Of a stretch of DNA of 64,000 bases, positions 13,987-25,900 are shown one piece after another. Origin of the DNA: Yuukianura sp. NJ FZ-2021 (lineage: Eukaryota). Position 1 is the stretch's first letter. Every line of letters starts with the position of its first letter. The DNA lies in contig CM102283.1 in NCBI GenBank assembly GCA_046563655.1, forward strand, positions 1,736,001 to 1,800,000, read 5' to 3'. Below the pieces are notes generated by a model. It saw only the letters and a list, made by a program, of their open reading frames with translations, had not been told where the DNA came from and did no database searches. A program made the translations under genes and the position numbers.

Positions 13987-14176
13987 AGTACTGTCCAGAA
14001 GTGTCCAGTACTGTCCAGAAGTGTCCAGTACTGTCCAGAAGTGCCCAGTACTGTCCAGAAGTGCCCAGTACTGTCCAGAAGTTTTCAGAACTGTCCAGAA
14101 GTGTCCAGTACTGTCCAGAAGTGTCCAGTACTGTCCAGAAGTATCCAGTACTGTCCATAGGTGTCCAGTACTGTCC
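13987..14176. repeat. Minisatellite (agtactgtcc-agaagtgtcc)n, about 9.5 x 20 bp, built from two related 10-mers
   Basis: Directly visible; it sits at the junction between Nav-derived intron sequence and a vWA fragment. Confidence 0.95.
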
Positions 14177-14460
14177 TTAGGTGTTGCTCTGATGACTGCA
14201 GAAACCTCAGCGGGGGTTAAGTAGGTATCGAGTACTATGCCTATCATGACGTCGCCGCTGTAGTAGAGGTACACTATTCTGCTGTTTAGAAAGGCTGACG
14301 CCAACTTGTCAACAAAGTCCAGTGCGAGAGGAAAGTCGTATTTGCTGATGCTCTCAGAAACATCCAACAGAATTTCGAGATCACTAACGTTGTAACATTT
14401 CTTTGGAAGTGGTGGAGGTGTGGTGGGCTGTTCGGTGGTCGGGTCGTTGTTCTTGGGGCC
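14177..14460 (-). pseudogene. Isolated fragment of a vWA exon of the NIDO-vWA family
   Basis: PPPLPKKCYNVSDLEILLDVSESIS..LDFVDKLASAF..TPAEVSAVIRAT resembles about 21400-21670; no start and no C-terminus. Confidence 0.8.
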
Positions 14461-14686
14461 TAGTATTCTATTTACCGTGCTTAAACTACTTTGTTTTAAA
14501 TAAAAAAAACCGAACTCTTCCAAAATTTATGTTACTCTTCTAAAGTTCTAAACATTTTGAAATTCCATGAAAAATATTTCTGAATGTGGGTGCCAATTGC
14601 CAAAACATTTGCGACAATTTTTGAATTGGCGAAGGAGTTTATTAAGTATTTTATTTACCTTGGATTTTACTAAAGTAGTTTTTACC

Positions 14687-14906
14687 TGAAATTGATTTTC
14701 GCCAATTGGTGGCTCAGCGTATGGAATTCCCTCGAAGGCTTCAATAGCTGCCCCACCGGAACTGATCATGTAGTAACCCTCCACGGCCCCACCGTGGAAA
14801 GTACTGCTTCTGGTGGTGGCTCCTCTTCCAAAATTTGCCCCACCAAATCCACATCTCGGAGTATTTCTGGCTGTGGGTACTTCGGCCAACACCAATACTT
14901 ATACAT
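14687..14906 (-). pseudogene. Orphan first exon of a carboxyl/cholinesterase-family gene
   Basis: GAVEGYYMISSGGAAIEAFEGIPYAEPPIGENQFQ followed by a GT donor matches the carboxylesterase N-terminal FxGIPYAxPP.G motif. An apparent frameshift lies upstream (EEEPPPEAVLST is in another frame) and no downstream exons were found. Confidence 0.65.
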
Positions 14907-15170
14907 ATAATTTTACGCATAATTTTTTCAAAACGCCTTTTTCTTGCCATGGGAACGTGGATTCCAAATTCAGTTTGTTTTTGTGCTCTTTTTCTTTGTT
15001 TGTTGAGTCACCTGACAAAAACCTTTCCAGTTTCACACACAAGCACATTTTGCGAATCCCTTGCGGATTTACAATTAGTTGGTTTTCATAATTTTGACTT
15101 CGATTAATTGAAACCACTACTACTACTATCAATCAATCAGTCCGCAATCAATTGAAAAGCCAATTGAAGG

Positions 15171-16601
15171 ATGGGTTTTGGCGGGGCAGTTTTGTTGGTT
15201 GGAGTTTGTGTCTTTCGTCAAACACTGGATTCAGCTGCATTCGAAGCTCCACCATGCATAAAGGCAAACGAAACAGTTGTGGTCAGTTTCTCAATAATGA
15301 AAAGTTTTTTGAACATTTGTTGAAAAGTTATTTTTTTAAATTTTGCTTTTAAAAAAGGCAGGGTTAAGCATTTTGCAATCTGAAATCTATGCGATTTTGT
15401 GATGTAGAGCGGGCGGGAGTTCAAATATACATTGCAATTCTCCTTTTCCTAAAACTCGTCTCGGTTTTTGAATCTGAATCTAGAGTTCGGAGTTTTGCAA
15501 AAGAGAAGTGAGAAACTCTCGCGCGGCAAACCTCTAGATTCAAATTTACTCCTACATTTAAGAAAATTTTGCTTACCCTCACTGCTCTACATTACAATTT
15601 CTGGTTTTCAATGTACCTAGATTTCAGATTGAAAAACATGCTTACCCTGCCTAATTGATGTTTTTTTTTTAAATTTTGCTCAATCAGTGTTAACATTTTG
15701 AACAGGAGGTGAGTTATACTATTCCTGCTGAAATGCTCAAGTGGGCCGAAGAAGGGGTCGACGCTCACAACAAATTTCGCAAGAAACATGGTTCCAAATA
15801 TTCTCAAAAATAAGAAAATAATAAAAAACGATTGTGTTTGAAAATGTTTGTGTTAAATTTTAGGCGTTCCTCCCTTGGTGCTCAACCCTAAAGTGAGTTT
15901 CCTTCGAAATAAGTCTGAACAAAGCGTCACATTCTAAATTATTCCGAAGTTAGTAATTATTTTGATTAGGAAGCAATTACTTTCAGATGTGCAAGAGTAC
16001 TCAGTGGACAGCCAATCTGAGTGCGGTAACCGATACAGTCATGTATGCTGCAATAATCTATGGAGATGGGACGACATGCAGTGAGACTTCGGGCAAGTCC
16101 GTTGGACGTATTCTAAAACCAGCGAGTCAGTTTGTACAAGATTGGTACGACGACATCAAATACTACGACTTTGATAAACACAAAGCGAAGCCTGGCAAAG
16201 TAGCTCTTCGCTTCCAACAAATCGTCTGGAAAGGTCCAGTTATTAAAAAATTGACACAAAAAGTTCAAAAAAGTTGGTTAAAAAGTTGAAATTATTTTTC
16301 CTGTCCGTTTGTTTAGCGACCAAGGAAATGTGTATGACCCACGCACAAGCAGTAGGTGGGCAACACTACATTGCAGCTCACTACTATCCACCAGGTCGGT
16401 GATCAAACGTTTTTTTGAAGATTTTGAATCTCTTTAAAATTGGAATTTCCTTTTTGAACAGGAGCTTGGGGTTGGGATGGTGGCGATGCAGTTAACGTAT
16501 TGAATTCAGCTAACCACGATCACTTCAAAACTGGAATCATTTTGATTTTGATTCTTTGTGTAACACCTTTTCTAAAAACCGTTTTTTCAACATTTGTCTA
16601 A
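15171..16601 (+). CDS. CAP/SCP (GAPR-1/allergen V5-like) protein, paralog 1, with signal peptide and hydrophobic C-terminus
   Basis: Exons about 15171-15281, 15706-15790, 15864-15892, 15987-16233, 16317-16393, 16462-16601. DAHNKFRKKHGVPPLVL, WYDDIKYYDF, RFQQIVWK, AHYYPPG. Confidence 0.8.
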
Positions 16602-17097
16602 AAACTCAATTTCAATTATCATTACCAAAAAGTATTCCAGTATTTTTCATGCAATAAAAGGCAAAGCACGTCTCACTCAAAACGATGATTTACATTCAGC
16701 CGTAAAATGTTGGCGTTTAATTCAACGCTTTTTCTTCAGAATACAAATCTCATCTCATCAAAAAAAAAATCAAATCTCAAATCTCATAAAAAAATCAATG
16801 AGGAAAAAACTAAACTTTTGGTTTTTGGGTGTAAACAAGGCACAATTAAAGAAGAGATCATACTCTAATTGACGACGCGACCGACCGACCGACCGACCGG
16901 CCAATGCTAATAGCATGGCCATGCAAACTATATGTGCAAAAAACTCTGTGTGTGGAAGAGTGGAACGATCCTGGGGTGTCCCTTTTACATTACTTCTCCA
17001 AGCAGAGACTTCCAAAAATTCCATCTCAACTCAAATTCAGGGGGGGGGGGTCTGGGGGGGCTTGCCCCCCCAGCCTCAACAATGTGTTTTTGATTCA

Positions 17098-17278
17098 ACT
17101 AGACGGAACCCGTGATGTTTACACATCACGAAATTTACTTGAAGCACTAGGTCATCGTTGGGTCAAACGAAAGAGCTAGGAGATTTTTGACAAAATATTA
17201 AAAATCCTCTTATTGCTCCATGTCAAAAATCGTTCAAGTAAATTTCGTGATGTGTAAACATCACGGGTTCCGTCTAGT
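17098..17278. mobile_element. MITE with 46-bp terminal inverted repeats
   Basis: actagacggaacccgtgatgtttacacatcacgaaatttacttgaa (17098-17143) is the reverse complement of 17233-17278. Confidence 0.8.
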
Positions 17279-18230
17279 CTCTTTAAATGGAATTGTGGTG
17301 AGCCAAAGTGAAAAAGTTAAAATGCTGGGGCTCATTGTAAATTCAAATTTAAAATGGGATGAACAAGTGAATAGCGTTGTTCAAAAATGTTATGCAGTTA
17401 TGAACTGCATCTATAAATATAAAGATTACTTGCCAATAAAGTCAAGAAGAATTGTGTTAGAATCTTTGGTGCTCTCTGTAATTCAATATATGATTGTAGT
17501 ATGGGGAGAAACCACAAAGAAAAATATTAAGAAAGTAGAAAAAGTTGTGAGAACAATGGCTAGAATGGCACTTAATAAAAGAAAATTCGACCAAGTTTCT
17601 GCAGATATGACTCAGGAATTAGGGTGGCTATATCCTGAGGCATTATTTAAATACAAAGTACTGATATTTATGTATAAGTTAATAAGTGAAAGTAGTGTAG
17701 CGGTTTTTAGTGATTATTATAGAAAAGCTAAAGAAGTTCATCGATATCCTACCTCAAACGCATGTAATAATTCTAGAATTAGTTTAGGAAATTTAAATAC
17801 AAAAGGAAAATATGGTAGTCAAACCTTTCAAGCAAGATCAATACAGTTATGGAATGAGTTAGATCAAGAAATATGTAATGCTAGGAGTGTAGTACAGTTT
17901 AAGCGTCTCTTAAAAGGTGAGCTAATTAGGAATCAACTTGAGAAACTTAGTTAATTAATTAGTTTTTATGGCCCAACTAAATTATTTACTGGATTGCTAA
18001 TTTTAATTACATTAATTATAGTAGTACGTATTTCCAATTAGTTAGTATATTATTAGGTACCTAGGTATAAAAAAAAATCATCAACAACCAACAAATTTAG
18101 ATTCTAAATTGCGTAAAGCCACATGTGTGGGGGCATTTAGAATACTGTACAAGAAAGCAAATATTATTATTGAAAATAAATAAACTTGAATTCAAAAAAA
18201 AAAAAAAAAAAAAATTAAAAAAAAAAAAAA
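17279..18230 (+). mobile_element. 5'-truncated non-LTR retrotransposon (CR1/L2-like ORF2 C-terminus) with 3' UTR and poly(A)
   Basis: VKMLGLIVNSNLKWDEQVNSV..LVLSVIQYMIVVWG..LGWL..TFQARSIQLWNEL..FKRLLK resembles the LINE RT thumb/C-terminus; aataaa and a long A tract at about 18194-18230. Confidence 0.8.
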
Positions 18231-18469
18231 TATCTCATCTTACTCCAAAAGACAATCCAAAATTGAGACCAATAGTTACTTACAATAATGCAAACCTGTT
18301 ATAATAAAACTTTAACACAAAAACTTTAATATGTAAATTATTCATGATCGTTGCTTATCGAAAATTAAAATCGTATTAAAAAATTGAGTCTACTTCCTAA
18401 TTCATACACAATTTGATTGAACGTGTCTGGACTTTCGCACAGCAAAGTTTGTTATGAATTAGTAATTAG

Positions 18470-18666
18470 TAGACATGCTAAAAATATTTAGTTCCCATGC
18501 CTGTAATGTTAACAAAATCAATATTTTGGGCTTTTTTATTACTAAATATTTATTGATTTTCCCATGCCCTTAATGTTAATTAAGTAAATATTTTGAGGTT
18601 TTTGATGAAAAATATTTAATATTTAAATATTTCGCGGGTTTTTAGTAAATATTTTTAGCATGTCTA
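18470..18666. mobile_element. hAT-type MITE, 21-bp TIR, 8-bp TSD
   Basis: TIR tagacatgctaaaaatattta / taaatatttttagcatgtcta; gtaattag is duplicated at 18462-18469 and 18667-18674. Confidence 0.85.
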
Positions 18667-19171
18667 GTAATTAGATTTTATTTAGTAATTGGTAACTCAC
18701 CCTCAATTCTTGGTACCCTACCTCCAGGAAAAAATCTGGACGATATATTCTATTTTTAATTGCTCTAATTTATGTCTTCAACCTGCCATCGGCAGGTGCA
18801 TGTTTTAAGTAAATAAAAATAATTGGATAATAAAAAAAAACATGAAAAAAAATTAGATTTACTTTATTTAGTAATAATTACTAAATAAAGTAAATCTAAT
18901 TACTAATTATTCGTAATTATTAGTGATTAGTAATTAGATGTTCTATATGTTTTGTTGTTCCAAATAGCTTTGAGTGCAATTTGGGACAACTTGAAACTAG
19001 TTTTCTGTTCCCGTGGGAGCTTCAATTCCAATTCAGTTTGCTTTGTGCTCTTTTTCTTTGTTTGTTGAGTCACCTGACCAAAACTTTTCCAGTTTCACAC
19101 AATCACAATTTCCGCAATCCCTGCGGAATCTCTTTATTGGTTTTCATAATATTGGGTTCGAACATTGAACA

Positions 19172-20536
19172 ATGGGTATTGGCGTGGCAGTTTTGTTAGT
19201 TGGAGTCTGGGTTTTTGGTCAACCGCTGGGTTTTGCTTCAGCAGAATTCGACGCTCTTGACTGCATAATTGTAAACGGATCAATTCTGGTGGGTTTTTTT
19301 AAAAAATGTCAAAGTTGTTTGAACATTTTTTGAAAAGTTTTGTTTGAAAAATCTGTTTTAACATTCTTGTTTTTGAACAGGATGTGAAGGATATTTCTCC
19401 TGATATGCTCAATTGGGCTAAGGAAGGGGTCGACGCTCACAACAAATATCGCAAGAAACATGGTGCCAAATATTCTCAAGAATTAAAAAATAATAATAAA
19501 AACGATTGTCAAATTTGAAAACATTTGTGGTGAATTTCAGGCGTTCCTCCTTTGGTGTTGAACCCCGATGTGAGTCACCGTTGAAATCGAAATCAGTCTT
19601 TAGAAAGCGTCCTCACATTCCAAATTTTTCTGAAGTCATTGGATTACTATGACTAAATTCGATTACTTTGATTAAGAATCGATTACTTTCAGATGTGCAA
19701 GAGTACTCAGTGGACAGCCGAGTGGAACGGAAAAGCCGGAGGAATGACGCATACTGGACCAATCATCACAAAGTTAGCAACCGAAGCAGGTAAATTGGCT
19801 AAAACAAAAAAAAAGTGAAAAGGTCGAAATGTAAAAACGCCAAAAAGGAAATGGCAAAAAAAGTAAAATAACGAAAAAGCGAAATGACGGAAAAGTGAAA
19901 AGGCCAAATTTCACTGTTTGGCCCTTTCCTTTTTGGCGTTTTTACATTTTTTTTGGCCTTTTCACCACTGACCATTTCACTTTTGGCCAAATTACATGGA
20001 ATCTTTAGGAACCGCTAAGATGAAGTGTGGTGAAAATTTGCACTGGAGCTCTGGAACCAAAGTGGAACCAGCGAGTTACTATGTAAATGGTTTTTACGAA
20101 GAAATCAAAAACTACGACTTTGCTAAACACAAAGGAAAGACTGAAGAAGCGATGGTTGGTCACTTCACACAAGTCGTCTGGAAAGGTCAAGTTATTAACA
20201 ATTTTGAAAAGAAAGTTCGGACAGGTTTAAGTTATTTGGAAAATTTCCTATCCACTTGTTTAGCTTCCAAGGAAATGTGCATGAGCTATGCAAAAATAAC
20301 ATCAACAAGTGACCCCAAGCACCCACCACCAGGATTTTTTGTTGTAGCTCACTACTTTCCATGGGGTCCGTGATCAAACGTTATCTTTGAATTGCTTTAA
20401 AGTTTTAATTTCGTTTTGAACAGGGAACTATGCTGATCAACACGCAGAAAACGTCTTGAACGTGAATTCAGCTAACCACGACCACTTCAAAACTGAAATC
20501 ATTTTGATTTTGATTTTTTGTGTACATCTTTTCTAA
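19172..20536 (+). CDS. CAP/SCP (GAPR-1-like) protein, paralog 2, with signal peptide and possible GPI-anchor tail
   Basis: Exons about 19172-19288, 19381-19462, 19541-19569, 19693-19789, 20009-20185, 20264-20364, 20424-20536. HNKYRKKHGVPPL, CGENL, YEEIKNYDF, GHFTQVVWK, VVAHYFPWGN; hydrophobic IILILIFCVHLF end. Confidence 0.85.
19787..19998. mobile_element. Fold-back MITE-like element forming most of intron 4 of CAP paralog 2
   Basis: caggtaaattggctaaaa matches the reverse complement of ttttggccaaattacatg; internal arms atgtaaaaacgccaaaaaggaaa / tttcctttttggcgtttttacat. Confidence 0.7.
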
Positions 20537-21057
20537 AAACAGCTTTTTCAACGTTTTTCTAAAAACGTAATTTCCGTTATCATTACCACAAAGTATTCCA
20601 ATGTTCCATGCAATAAAAGCCAAAACACGCTTCATATCGATATTCTACGTTTCTTTTGAAAAAAAAATGGAACAGTTACGTCAAAATGAAACATGGAGTG
20701 AGTAAAATCTTAGATGATAGTCAGTGTAATTAAAAAGTTGCGGTTAGTTTTTGTGGTGAGTGAAAGTAAAGTTTGTGGCGAGAAAGTTTGAGTTTGGTGG
20801 GAAGTGTGAAAGTAGGTGTTAATTGAAAAGGGAACTTCAATGATCCACTCCCGCAGAGTTAATTGAATTACTTTCACTTCCCAAAGACATCAACAAGCAC
20901 TTTCCATCTTGTAAAAAAAAGTTCGCTTTAAATTCTAACTTGGAAGTTCTAAGGTATCCAATTGACTATGTTTCTAAAATGAGTTTGTAAAATAATATAA
21001 ATGTTTTCATGATTTTATTAATTTCGATTGTTTACAATGGTTTCTGCATAGGAGAAA

Positions 21058-23886
21058 TCAGAAAGACATTTGTGGTGAATCGGGACAAAGCTCTATGCTC
21101 AACTTACGCAACTCTTCCTCCAAATTCTTATAATTCTTCACTTGAATTACCCGGTCTTGTCTTCCTAAAGTCATTTCTAAAAGGTTTTCCTCTTTAATAA
21201 GATCGCCAATTCCCACGGCAAAGACTTCGATTCCCTGGTCACGTGCCTCTTGTGGTTCATTTTCCAACGGATCCGAGGGATCGCCATCCGTTAAAATGAC
21301 CATGATTTGTGGAACCCCCTCTCGTCTCTTGCTGGCCATTTCATAGATGGCAGCACTCATTGCCTTACCTGTTTGTGTGTCGTGGTGCAGATGACGCGTT
21401 GCTCTGATGACTGCAGAAACCTCAGCGGGTGTTAAGTAGGTATCGAGTTCTATGCCAATCATGACGTCACCGCTGTAGTAGATGTACATTATTCTGCTGT
21501 TGTCAACAAAGGCTGACGCCAACTTGTCAACAAAGTCCAGTGCCAGAAGAAAGTCTTTATCTCTGATGCTCTCAGAAGCGTCCAACAGAATTCCGAGGTC
21601 ACTAACGTTGTAGCATTTCTTTGGGGGTGGTGGAGTTGTGGTGGGCTCTTCGGTGGTCGTTGTTTTGGGCGGAGGAGTGGAAGGGTTTTCGGTGGGGATC
21701 CCTGGGGTCGTACTTGAGGAAGGATATCTTGTGGGCGGAGTGGTATGTCCGGGGGGCCAAGTGGTCTTGTCTGTGGGCGGAGTTGTATGTCCGGGGGGCC
21801 AAGTGGTCTTGTCTGTGGGCGGAGTGGTATGTCCGGGGGGCCAAGTGGTCTTGTCTGTGGGCGGAGTTGTATGTCCGGGGGGCCAAGTGGTCTTGTCTGT
21901 AGGCGGAGTTGTATGTCCGGGGGGCCAAGTGGTCTTTTCTGTGGGCGGAGTGGTATGTCCGGGGGGCCAAGTGGTCTTGTCTGTGGGCGGAGTTGTATGT
22001 CCGGGGGGCCAAGTGGTCTTGTCTGTGGGCGGAGTGGTATGTCCGGGGGGCCAAGTGGTCTTGTCGGTGGGCGGAGTTGTATGACCGGAGGGCCAAGTGG
22101 TCTTGTCTGTGGGCGGAGTTGTACGACCGGGGGGCCAAGTCGTCTTGTCCGTGGGCGGAGTTGTATATCCCGGAGGCCAAGTGGTCTTGTCTGTGGGCGG
22201 AGTTGTATGACCGGGGGGCCAAGTCGTCTTGTCCGTGGGCGGAGTTGTATATCCCGGAGGCCAAGTGGTCTTGTCTGTGGGCGGAGTTGTATGACCGGGG
22301 GGCCAAGTCGTCTTGTCCGTGGGCGGAGTTGTATATCCCGGAGGCCAAGTGGTCTTGTCTGTGGGCGGAGTTGTATGACCGGGGGGCCAAGTCGTCTTGT
22401 CCGTGGGCGGAGTTGTATATCCCGGAGGCCAAGTGGTCTTGTCTGTGGGCGGAGTTGTATGACCGGGGGGCCAAGTCGTCTTGTCTGTGGGCGGAGTTGT
22501 ATATCCGGGGGGCCAAGTAGTCTTGTCTGTGGGCGGAGTTGTATGACCGGGGGGCCAAGTGGTCTTATCTGTGGGCGGAGTTGTATATCCGGGGGGCCAA
22601 GTGGTCTTGTCTGTGGGCGGAGTTGTATATCCGGGGGGCCCTGTGGTCCGGTCTGTTTCGGGGGGCGGAGTTGTAGTGAAATTATCGGTCGGAGGAGGCA
22701 CACATACTTTTGGCAGCTCTATCAGGAAATCCACAAGATGCTCTACGAATTCGACAATACTTCTGCGACAGGACGTGCAATCGTCTTCCGTAGGCGTAGG
22801 GCATGTGTCATCGAGTGGATCTTGTTGCCTGGGTTCCGGATAAGTTGCGATGTTTCGATGTTTTCGGATATCCTGGAGTTTCGGTACCTCTAGAGTTTTG
22901 TCTACCTTAAATACCCACACTCCGTTCTGACCCACGTTGCTGGATCCTGCCAATTCTCTAGCCCGATTGGTACATGAGGCGGGACTAACAAGTTGAATTT
23001 CCCCTTTGTGAATTTTGTCTCCAGCGTAGAATCCAGCAGTTGCTGAACCAAAAGCTGGCTGGCTGCAGTTGCCTTCGAAGTCTATTCCAGAAATCCAGTC
23101 GAGCGTTTCTAGAACACAAAGATTCAAAGTTGTCTTTTTGTTTGTCTATTAGTGCTTATTTAATTTTTTTTTGAAATAATTCTAACCATAGTAAATGATG
23201 GCATATGAGCCAGTGTCGTCTCTAGTTAGGATCGTCTGGAACGTGTTCCTGCAGTACGTGTCAAAGGCATTGTGTCCCCTTGCAGGTACATCCAGCCACG
23301 TTGCCACAAATACCCAACGCACGTTGTGGGGCTTAGACCTCGGAAACGCTACTTGGAGTTGTCTGTTGGCTTTTTCCAGATTCTTGACATCGGCATTGAC
23401 GGAGTGTGAAATTAGCCCACCCATTTGTGGGTTAACTTCAGACCAAAATGGAGCGATAAACATTGACCCATCAACACGTCCTTGAAGATCGGAGCAACCA
23501 AAAATGAAGTAATCGATTCCTGTACAAAAAAACAAGTGTTATCAACTTTTCTGTATAAAGTAAATAGCTGTATGTATAATGTATAACATACAATGTGTGT
23601 AAACAAATTTATGTTTAATGTAATAGCTTCATGTATAATTTAAGAACAACTTAAGTTCAGACTTAGCATATGAATTACCTTCGAGGAATGAAAGAATGCC
23701 ATTGTCGCCGACAAAGATGCGGTTGAACGTGTTTCCGAAAAACTTGAAGTTTGGTAGGCGCGTGCCGACATATGCCTCATCTTTGCTCAAAACTTTGTCC
23801 GTCCCAATCTCAAAGAAATGGGACCGATCAATTCCAAGCGTACTTTTAGTAAAGATCAACATTGGCAACAATGTAAAGAAATTCAT
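21058..23886 (-). CDS. Secreted NIDO + mucin-like 14-aa repeat + vWA protein, paralog B1
   Basis: Exons 23886-23679, 23519-23187, 23108-21058. Signal peptide, NIDO motifs, 21 x TTPPTDKTTWPPG[H/Y], vWA with DASES..T..LTDG and VFAVGIG. Confidence 0.9.
21730..22680 (-). repeat. Coding 42-bp tandem repeat (about 21-22 units) with 84-bp higher-order alternation
   Basis: Unit gtgggcggagt(t/g)gtat(g/a)..ccgg(g/a)gggccaagt(g/c)gtcttgtc; Y/H alternation in the protein. Confidence 0.95.
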
Positions 23887-24829
23887 TGTAGCCACTTGGA
23901 GTTGTTCTCAAGAAGAAGTGCAGCAATGTACTAACAGCAACAGAGCTACTGTACTACAATTTCGAAAATTCCGAAAGTAGGTTTTATTTGATTTCCTGGT
24001 CATTGTTGATTCCGGGTCATTGTTGATTCCGGGTCATAGTTGCTGTACCAAGAGAAACCGATCCAGCCGATCCAACTGGTTGTGATCAGAATGGCCGATT
24101 CGAGCATAGACTGTGAGCAGAAAGGCCAAACCTTATTACAAGCAAAATAAAAAAAGCAATAGTTAATGCAAATTCAATTAATAATTATTTTAAATCAAAT
24201 TCCAGCTGAAAATCGCAAGCTAAAACGCGTTGATGTAACCGAAAATAAACTAACGCAAATTTAAAATAATCTAATCCAAACTGATGTAAAACGATGAAAC
24301 CCATGTGACGACTAAAAAAAAAACCTGTTTTCGGCATATTTCGGATCGGTCCCACGGATCGGCCGCATCCTTGCGAACTATGTTTTTTTAATTGTTGCTT
24401 CAGCCTCATTCTATTTAGGCTATGACCCAGCTTCCTGGTATTATACGACAATTTCTCCATTGTAAACACTTTGAATAGGCCATAAAAATATTAGAAACTC
24501 AAAAAACTTCCAAATTCACAATGGGGAAATTTCTGGAAAAAATCATAAAAAATTATTAGAAAGTTAGCATTTATTAGACGATGACACGTCATGCACAGCT
24601 AGAAAATGTATGGTTTCCGAAAAATTTTGTCATGCGGTTGAAATATGAAATAGCGGTATAATCGATCATGGATGTTCGTTTCTCACTTCCAAAAAAAATC
24701 AAACTTTCTCTCCGCAAACTCCTTTGCCTTCACTCAGAGCAGACGCTAACCTTGTTAAAAAACTTTCAATTACAATTATTGCAAATTTGTTTCTCAAACA
24801 TTTCTTGGCGCCTCGTGAGTAACACGAAA

Positions 24830-25900
24830 ATGTTGCCACGAATGTTAGGATTATGTTTTGGTGGATTTCCGTTTCATTGGGGCGTTCATGTGAAATTCAA
24901 AAATAGAATCACTTGAAGTTGAGATTAGTACATGATTTTTTCACTTTTTCAAGAATTTCAAGAAACACGAATGTTTCAATTTTCAAGAATTTCAAACAAC
25001 TCTAAAATTTTTTGTTCCCAGAGCTACTGCCGCCTGGGCCTTCCACCAAAATGTTGCCACGAATAGTGGGATCACGTTTTGGTGGGATTCATTGGGGCGT
25101 TCATGTGAAATTCAAAACTAGAACCAGTTGAAGTTGAGATTACATGAATTTTTAACTTTTTCAAGAATTTCAAGAAACACGAATTTTTCACTTTTTCAAG
25201 AATTTCAAGAAACACGAATTTTTCACTTTTTCAAGAATTTCAAGAAACACGAATTTTTCACTTTTTCAAGAATTTCAAACAACTCTGAAATTTTTTTTTC
25301 CCAGAGCTACTGCCGCCTGGGCCTTCCACCAAAATGTTGCCACGAATGGTGGGATCACGTTTTGGTGGGATTCATTGGGGCGTTCATGTGAAATTCAAAA
25401 CTAGAACCAGTTGAAGTTGAGATTACATGAATTTTTCACTTTTTCAAGAATTTCAAGAAACACGAATTTTTCACTTTTTCAAGAATTTCAAGAAACACGA
25501 ATGTTTCAGTTTTTCTAGAATTTCAAACAACTCTGAAAATTTTTTTTCCAGAGCTACTGCCTCCTGTGCCTTCCACCAAAATGTTGCCACGAATGGTGGG
25601 ATGACGTTTTGGTGGGTTTCATTGGGGCGTTCATGTGAAATTCAAAACTAGAACCAGTTGAACTTGAGATTGTATGAACTTTTCATTTTTCCAGAATTTC
25701 AAGAAACACGAATTTTTCACTTTTTCAAGAATTTCAAACAACTCTGAAATTTTTTTCCAAAGCTACTGCCACCTGGGCCTTCCACCAAAATGTTGCCACG
25801 AATGGTGGGATCACGTTTGGGTGGGTTTCATTGGGGCGTTCATGAGAAATTCAAAAATAGAACCACTTGAAGTTGAGAAAAACGAATTTTCTCACATTTG
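24830..25900. repeat. Block-B copy of the about 210-280 bp satellite with 33-bp subrepeats
   Basis: Same unit as 2660-3700 with a different subrepeat count. Confidence 0.9.

Noticed and set aside
13987-14176. Possible CRISPR array
   Set aside because: Head-to-tail repeats with no unique spacers, no cas genes and a eukaryotic context.
21489-22893. Multiple long overlapping ORFs in other frames and strands
   Set aside because: A by-product of a 42-bp repeat lacking stops; only the frame continuous with NIDO and vWA is credible.
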